Source of the DNA: a virus
Taxonomy: Duplodnaviria > Caudoviricetes
DNA length: 64,000 nucleotides
Virus record (IMG/VR): IMGVR_UViG_3300009027_000005
Span: 1,045-65,044 of that record
Reading direction: 5' to 3' (one strand)
Positions 58,749 through 64,000 of this stretch are shown here, piece after piece (within the stretch, counting starts at the first letter, position 1; every line of letters starts with the position of its first letter). Under the pieces are notes generated by a model, which was not told the DNA's origin, did no database searches, and saw only the letters and a program-made list of their open reading frames with translations. The position numbers were made by a program, and so were the translations under genes.

Positions 58749-60329
58749 ATGTCAAAGAGTTTAGATGGAGTATTAACCAAAAAGGCTAATACAAAAGAAA
58801 CATATACAGAAGAACAAATACAGGATCTTATGCAGTGTATGGATCCTGAAAAAGGCTATCTGTATTTTGCACGTAAGTTTGCATATATCCAACATCCTGT
58901 AAAAGGCAAACTGTTGTTTGAACCTTTTGACTATCAGCTAGGATTAATGGACACTTATCATAACTATCGTTTTAACATTAACATGATGCCTAGACAAACT
59001 GGTAAGACAACGTGTGCTAGTATCTATCTTGCTTGGTATGCAATGTTTAATCCAGATCAAACTATTCTTATTGCTGCACACAAATACACAGGTGCGCAAG
59101 AGATTATGGCTCGTATACGCTATGTGTATGAAACTTGTCCTGATCATATTAGAGCAGGTGTTACATCGTATAACAAAGGTAGCATAGAGTTTGAGAATGG
59201 TAGTAGGATTGTAAGCCAAACAACAACAGGCAACACAGGACGTGGTATGTCTATTTCATTACTATACTGCGACGAGTTTGCGTTTGTACAACCAAACATT
59301 GCTGAAGAATTTTGGACTTCAATTTCACCTACACTAGCAACAGGTGGTCGTGCTATTATTACAAGTACACCAAACTCAGACGAAGATACATTTGCTACTA
59401 TTTGGAAACAAGCAGAACAACGTTTTGATGATCATGGTAACGAAAGTGAACTAGGTATTAACGGATTCCGTTCGTTTGTGGCACGTTGGGACGAACATCC
59501 TGATCGTGACGAAGAATGGAAAGCAGCTGAGATCGGACGTATTGGAGAAGAAAAATTCCGTCGTGAATACGGCTGTGAATTCTTAGTATTTGACGAAACA
59601 CTAATTAATTCAATTAAACTTGCAGTAATGGAAGGCGATTCGCCGATCTTAAATATGGGTCAAACACGTTGGTACAAAAAGCCTACAAGTCAATACACAT
59701 ATGCAATAGCACTAGATCCTAGTATGGGCACGGGTGGAGATAACGCTGCTATACAGGTATTCGAATTGCCTACATATGAACAAGTTGCAGAATGGCAGCA
59801 TAATCAAACTGCTATACCTGGACAAATACGTGTATTATCAGACATATGTAGATATATAGAAGAATGTACAAAAAACCCGCAGGGTATATATTGGAGTGTA
59901 GAAAACAATGGGTTGGGAGAAGCCGCACTTATCGTTATCAATGACTTTGGGGAGGAAAACATCCCTGGTTTGTTTGTTAGTGAACCCATACGTAAAGGAC
60001 ACGTTAGAAAGTTCCGCAAAGGATTTAACACAACACACAGTACCAAAGTTACAGCTTGTTCACGACTCAAAACAATGATAGAGAATGACAAAATGATTGT
60101 ACATTCTAAACCATTTATATCAGAATTAAAAGGCTATGTTGCTACAGGATCAAGTTACCAAGCCAAAAACGGAATGACAGACGATTTAATTAGTGCAACA
60201 CTTTTATCATTAAGAATGATGGATGTATTAAAAGATTGGGATCCAAGAGTCTACAATACATTCACACAAGCAGAAGACCTAGAAGATTACGAGCCGCCAA
60301 TGCCGATCTTTATTAGCAGCAACTATTGA
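58749..60329 (+). CDS. Terminase large subunit (gp17-like)
   Basis: PRQTGKTT Walker A, LLYCDEFAF Walker B, ITSTPN, FRREYGCEF, ALDPSMG, DDL nuclease Asp. Confidence 0.96.
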   Translation: MSKSLDGVLTKKANTKETYTEEQIQDLMQCMDPEKGYLYFARKFAYIQHPVKGKLLFEPFDYQLGLMDTYHNYRFNINMMPRQTGKTTCASIYLAWYAMFNPDQTILIAAHKYTGAQEIMARIRYVYETCPDHIRAGVTSYNKGSIEFENGSRIVSQTTTGNTGRGMSISLLYCDEFAFVQPNIAEEFWTSISPTLATGGRAIITSTPNSDEDTFATIWKQAEQRFDDHGNESELGINGFRSFVARWDEHPDRDEEWKAAEIGRIGEEKFRREYGCEFLVFDETLINSIKLAVMEGDSPILNMGQTRWYKKPTSQYTYAIALDPSMGTGGDNAAIQVFELPTYEQVAEWQHNQTAIPGQIRVLSDICRYIEECTKNPQGIYWSVENNGLGEAALIVINDFGEENIPGLFVSEPIRKGHVRKFRKGFNTTHSTKVTACSRLKTMIENDKMIVHSKPFISELKGYVATGSSYQAKNGMTDDLISATLLSLRMMDVLKDWDPRVYNTFTQAEDLEDYEPPMPIFISSNY

Positions 60330-60339
60330 TAAATACATT

Positions 60340-62745
60340 ATGCGTAGAATGAATAATATAAGTGAAGATCTTTTTAATAAATTGCGTAGTCGATTTAATG
60401 ATATTACAATCGGCGACGAGAACGGAACTGTAACTAACGAGCCAAAAGAAGCTAGATTTTTTGATTTTAGCTACTCAAATAATGGTACTAAAATAGGAAA
60501 AGTTAGTGTTAGTATATCCGAAGAAGAAGGTCTAAAAGTTATATATTCAAAAGATATTATAGAAAATCAAGATGACATATCAAAGAAAAATTGGTTTGAT
60601 TTTCTTAAAGAATTAAGAGTTTTTAGTAAGAAACGAATGTTAGATTTTAGTATAAGAGATATTAACAAAACAAATTTAACAAAAAGAGATTACAATTTTT
60701 TAGCAAATCGATCTGGGGACGATACAATGACAGAATCAAAACTTTATGGCACTAGTCGTGTAAGCTACCAAAAAGTAGGCGAGGCACGTATTGTTATTAA
60801 GCATACAGAAAATATAAATCAAGAGAGTGCTACAAGCAGAACACAAAAGATCGGAAAGATCTATATTGAATCGGCAGAAGGAGAAAGATTCAAATATCCT
60901 TACAAACACCTAAGTGGTGCAAGAGCGATGGCAATGCACGTAAGCGAAGGCGGCAATGCCTATGACGATTTTGGTAAGCACATTGTAGGCCTATCAGAAG
61001 AAATGGCAAAACTACGTAAGTTTAAAAACTACATGGGTCGTAGTGCTGTAATGGCAGAAAGCCTAGCAGGATATACAGATATTGTTAAAGAGCGTATTGC
61101 TACAGTTAAAAAAGAAATAGCGTCATTACAAAAGCCAGCATATTACAAAGAAGCATTTGAAACATTTAATCCCCCAGTACTAGAAGATGTTCCAAATGAT
61201 GTTGCTGAAAACTGGATTGACGAACTAACTATCCGTCAGTTCAACGAAGAACTACAAGATATTTTTCCATACATCTACAACCTAGTAAAAGAAGGCACAA
61301 AGGCCAAAGAACTAGGACCAGATGATTTACTAGGCGAATCAGACGAACAGCTTGACGAGATTCTTCCAGCATTAGCTGTTCCTGTATTATTAACAGCAGC
61401 TAGAGCAGCAATTCCTGCACTAACAAGAATAGGTGCAAGTATTCTTGCTAAAAGAGGCGCAGCAGCAGCGGCAGCCGGACAAGTTGCAAGAGGTGCCGGA
61501 CAAGTTGCAAAAGGTGCCGGAAATTTTGCTGTAAAAAACCCAATCAAGACAACAGTTGCAGGAGTAGCAGCAGCAAATCCAGATGCTACAATGAACGTTA
61601 TTAATACAGGAAAAGATATTGCACAAGGTGTAGGTGATACTGTTGATGCTGTACAAGGCGCAGCTCAAACTGCACAAGATACAATGACAGGATTAGCAAC
61701 TACAGCACAAGAAGTGATGGATAAAGCCAGCCAAGGTATAGACGGTATACAAGGTGAAATTTCAGCATTCTTAGGCGGCGGCGCACTAAAACAGATTGCA
61801 TCAGCTGCTTCAAAATATGCACTACCAGTACTTGCTGTTATTGCATTATTGTACGGCGGCAAAAAAGTAATTGACTGGCTAATGGGTAAAAGTAAAGAAC
61901 CAAGAACCGAAGATATAGATATTGACGAGGGTTTGAAAGGCGCCGGTATTGGAGCCGGTATTGGCGCCGTAGCCGGACCTGCAATTGCAGCTATGGCAGG
62001 AGGAAATCCAGCAGTTGGAAAATTAGGGCAAGCGGCACTCGGAGCCGCCCTTGGCGCTCCTTCTGGTGCATTGATTGGCGCAATTAACAAAGATGAAAAA
62101 AGAAAGAAGGCCAAACTTGCTAAAGCTAAAAAAGACAAAGAAGATAAAAAAGATAAAAAAACAAAAGAAGAGTTTGAATTAGAACAAGCATTTGAAGATA
62201 TAATGGGTCAGTTTGCAGATAGCGTATGCGAAGAATGCGGTAACCCAAGCTGGCGTACACTTGATGAAGAAAAGCAAAAAGGCGTTGATGGCAAAGTATG
62301 CTGGAAAGGCTACAAGCGCATGGGCACTAAAATGAAAGGTGGCAAGCGTGTAGATAACTGTGTTAAAGTAGGCGAAGACGACACTGAAGAAGGCAACGCA
62401 TACGCACATGCAGTACGCAAGGCTAAAATGGACGGTAAGAAAAAAGGCGACAAAGTACAAGGCCCAGACGGTGATGAAATTACGATCGAAAAAGACGAAA
62501 AAACACCACTAGGCGAATTCATACTATCATACTATGACAGAGAATCAGGCGAGTTTCCAAAAGGCGAAACTGCCGTACTAACCATGGTTGAAAAAGATTA
62601 CGGCGAGCAGTTCATAGAACCTGCTAAGGCCTTTATCGAACAAGTTCAAGCTCTGTATGACGATTACCAGATGCGTACCCAACCACAACAGATGGAAGTT
62701 GATACAGAGTTTGACCGCATGAAAGAACTTGCAGGGCTTCGTTAA
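60340..62745 (+). CDS. Large modular protein, probable internal head protein
   Basis: Globular N-terminal ~330 aa (GERFKYPYKHLSGARAM), then low-complexity modules, CWKGY motif and C-terminal RMKELAGL. Confidence 0.6.
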   Translation: MRRMNNISEDLFNKLRSRFNDITIGDENGTVTNEPKEARFFDFSYSNNGTKIGKVSVSISEEEGLKVIYSKDIIENQDDISKKNWFDFLKELRVFSKKRMLDFSIRDINKTNLTKRDYNFLANRSGDDTMTESKLYGTSRVSYQKVGEARIVIKHTENINQESATSRTQKIGKIYIESAEGERFKYPYKHLSGARAMAMHVSEGGNAYDDFGKHIVGLSEEMAKLRKFKNYMGRSAVMAESLAGYTDIVKERIATVKKEIASLQKPAYYKEAFETFNPPVLEDVPNDVAENWIDELTIRQFNEELQDIFPYIYNLVKEGTKAKELGPDDLLGESDEQLDEILPALAVPVLLTAARAAIPALTRIGASILAKRGAAAAAAGQVARGAGQVAKGAGNFAVKNPIKTTVAGVAAANPDATMNVINTGKDIAQGVGDTVDAVQGAAQTAQDTMTGLATTAQEVMDKASQGIDGIQGEISAFLGGGALKQIASAASKYALPVLAVIALLYGGKKVIDWLMGKSKEPRTEDIDIDEGLKGAGIGAGIGAVAGPAIAAMAGGNPAVGKLGQAALGAALGAPSGALIGAINKDEKRKKAKLAKAKKDKEDKKDKKTKEEFELEQAFEDIMGQFADSVCEECGNPSWRTLDEEKQKGVDGKVCWKGYKRMGTKMKGGKRVDNCVKVGEDDTEEGNAYAHAVRKAKMDGKKKGDKVQGPDGDEITIEKDEKTPLGEFILSYYDRESGEFPKGETAVLTMVEKDYGEQFIEPAKAFIEQVQALYDDYQMRTQPQQMEVDTEFDRMKELAGLR

Positions 62746-62763
62746 TTTATTAAGGATACTATA

Positions 62764-63003
62764 ATGGCTATTACATCAATCGATGATTTAAAAACAAGAG
62801 CAACTGAGTTAGTTCCTCCGGGAGAGGCTATTACAGAAACGGCAGTAAGAACAATACATAAAGAATTAATGGACGGTGGATCACAGCTTTCCTTAGATGA
62901 TATTTCTTATGGTTTGCGAGATGCGTATATTAATCCTTTTTTATCTGTAAAATATCTTAACGAGCAGCTAACAAAATATAATTTAACATACGAAAACTCA
63001 TAA
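62764..63003 (+). CDS. Hypothetical protein
   Basis: TAAGGA RBS; 79 aa filling the gap. Confidence 0.55.
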   Translation: MAITSIDDLKTRATELVPPGEAITETAVRTIHKELMDGGSQLSLDDISYGLRDAYINPFLSVKYLNEQLTKYNLTYENS

Positions 63004-63010
63004 AAAACAC

Positions 63011-63099
63011 TTGACAAGATAAATAACTTAGTGTAGTATTATAACTGTGCTACACAAAAAGGCACTAAGCACATAGGCAATTATATAGGAGGCATAACT
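63011..63099 (+). promoter_or_regulatory. Nested early/late promoters and repeat-containing leader of the SSB gene
   Basis: TTGACA(63011)-17-TAGTAT; TAAATA at 63020; hairpin GTGTAGTA/TGCTACAC; repeated GGCA. Confidence 0.6.
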
Positions 63100-64000
63100 A
63101 TGGCATCATTAGCAGAAATCCGAGCAAAGCTCAAAGAACAAGAAGCACGTACATCAGGTGCATCAAACGGCCCAAGCGGTCCTAACCCAATTTACCCATT
63201 TTGGAATATTAAAGAAGGCGAAAGTTGTACTTTTCGTTTCCTTCCTGATGGCGATGCAAATAACACTTTTTTCTGGAAAGAACGTTTGATGATCAAACTA
63301 CCTTTTGCAGGAGTTAAAGGTGAAACTGATTCACGTCCAGTACAAGTACAAATTCCATGTATGGAAATGTATGGCGAGACATGTAATATTCTTAATGAAG
63401 TACGTGGCTGGTTTAAAGATCCAAGTCTAGAAGATATGGGTCGAAAGTATTGGAAAAAGCGTTCTTACATTTTCCAAGGCTTTGTTACAGACAATCCGTT
63501 GGCAGATGATGAAGCACCAGAAAACCCAATTCGTCGCTTTATTATTGGTCCACAAATTTTTCAAATCATTAAAGCAGCTCTTATGGATCCAGATATGGAA
63601 GAGTTGCCAACGGATTATACAGCAGGTGTAGACTTCCGTCTTAATAAAACATCTAAAGGCGGGTATGCAGACTACGGCACAAGTAATTGGGCACGTAGAG
63701 AGCGTCCATTAAGCGATGCTGAAATGCAGGCTGTTAATACACACGGATTGTTTGATCTTAATGACTTCCTACCTAAGAAGCCAGATGAAACTGCGATTAA
63801 AGTAATGCAGGAAATGTTTGAAGCGTCAGTTGATGGCGAAGCATACGATCCTGATCGTTGGTCACAGTATTTCCGTCCAGCAGGCATGGCAGCACGTACA
63901 GGTGATCCTAATGTAGCATCATCTAATGGTACAGCAACAAGCCAAACTGCACCGACTCCAGTAGCAGAAGCAGCACCTGCTCCAGTAGCAGAAGCAGCAC
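63100..64000 (+). CDS. Single-stranded DNA-binding protein (T4 gp32-like), runs off window
   Basis: AGGAGG RBS; MASLAEIRAKLKEQE, RFLPD, KYWKKRSY, G.DF.L.KTSKGGYADY; absent from ORF track because no stop is reached. Confidence 0.88.
   Translation, partial: MASLAEIRAKLKEQEARTSGASNGPSGPNPIYPFWNIKEGESCTFRFLPDGDANNTFFWKERLMIKLPFAGVKGETDSRPVQVQIPCMEMYGETCNILNEVRGWFKDPSLEDMGRKYWKKRSYIFQGFVTDNPLADDEAPENPIRRFIIGPQIFQIIKAALMDPDMEELPTDYTAGVDFRLNKTSKGGYADYGTSNWARRERPLSDAEMQAVNTHGLFDLNDFLPKKPDETAIKVMQEMFEASVDGEAYDPDRWSQYFRPAGMAARTGDPNVASSNGTATSQTAPTPVAEAAPAPVAEAA

Noticed and set aside
58749-60329. Intein or intron in terminase
   Set aside because: Continuous 526-aa ORF of normal size with no splicing motifs
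63951-64000. Direct repeat ccagtagcagaagcagcac as a possible CRISPR repeat
   Set aside because: It is an in-frame PVAEAAPA linker repeat in the SSB tail; no spacer array here or elsewhere in the window
1-64000. Alternative genetic code
   Set aside because: Core genes are full length under the standard code, with no fragmentation at TAG or TGA

Overview
This is a 64-kb AT-rich segment of a large T4-superfamily-like (jumbo) myovirus, probably aquatic. The host is probably Gram-negative, and the peroxiredoxin looks alphaproteobacterial. It holds most of a virion morphogenesis region: about 37 kb of tail-fibre/appendage genes, neck, tail terminator, sheath, tube, gp4-like head-completion nuclease, terminase, acidic probable internal head proteins, and the 5' part of a gp32-like SSB. 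Glycan and tailoring enzymes are scattered through it: an ADP-heptose operon (hldE, hldD, cupin, gmhB; no gmhA seen), a GT9-like heptosyltransferase, a NodU/CmcH carbamoyltransferase, three 2OG-Fe(II) oxygenases, a GT25, two sulfotransferases, an SGNH-like protein and a catalytically degenerate GmhB paralog. The best leads are: (1) a candidate virion glycosylation/tailoring system beside two ~9% Cys, Gly-rich tip proteins; (2) a ~200-nt stand-alone structured ncRNA plus two structured late leaders; (3) phycobiliprotein-like KCxRD motifs and cupredoxin-like Cu sites in fibre proteins; (4) glycine-zipper/amphipathic cassettes bounded by likely prohead-protease sites; (5) widespread leaderless TAAATA-N4/5-ATG genes. 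All calls come from motifs read by eye. No searches or folding programs were run.
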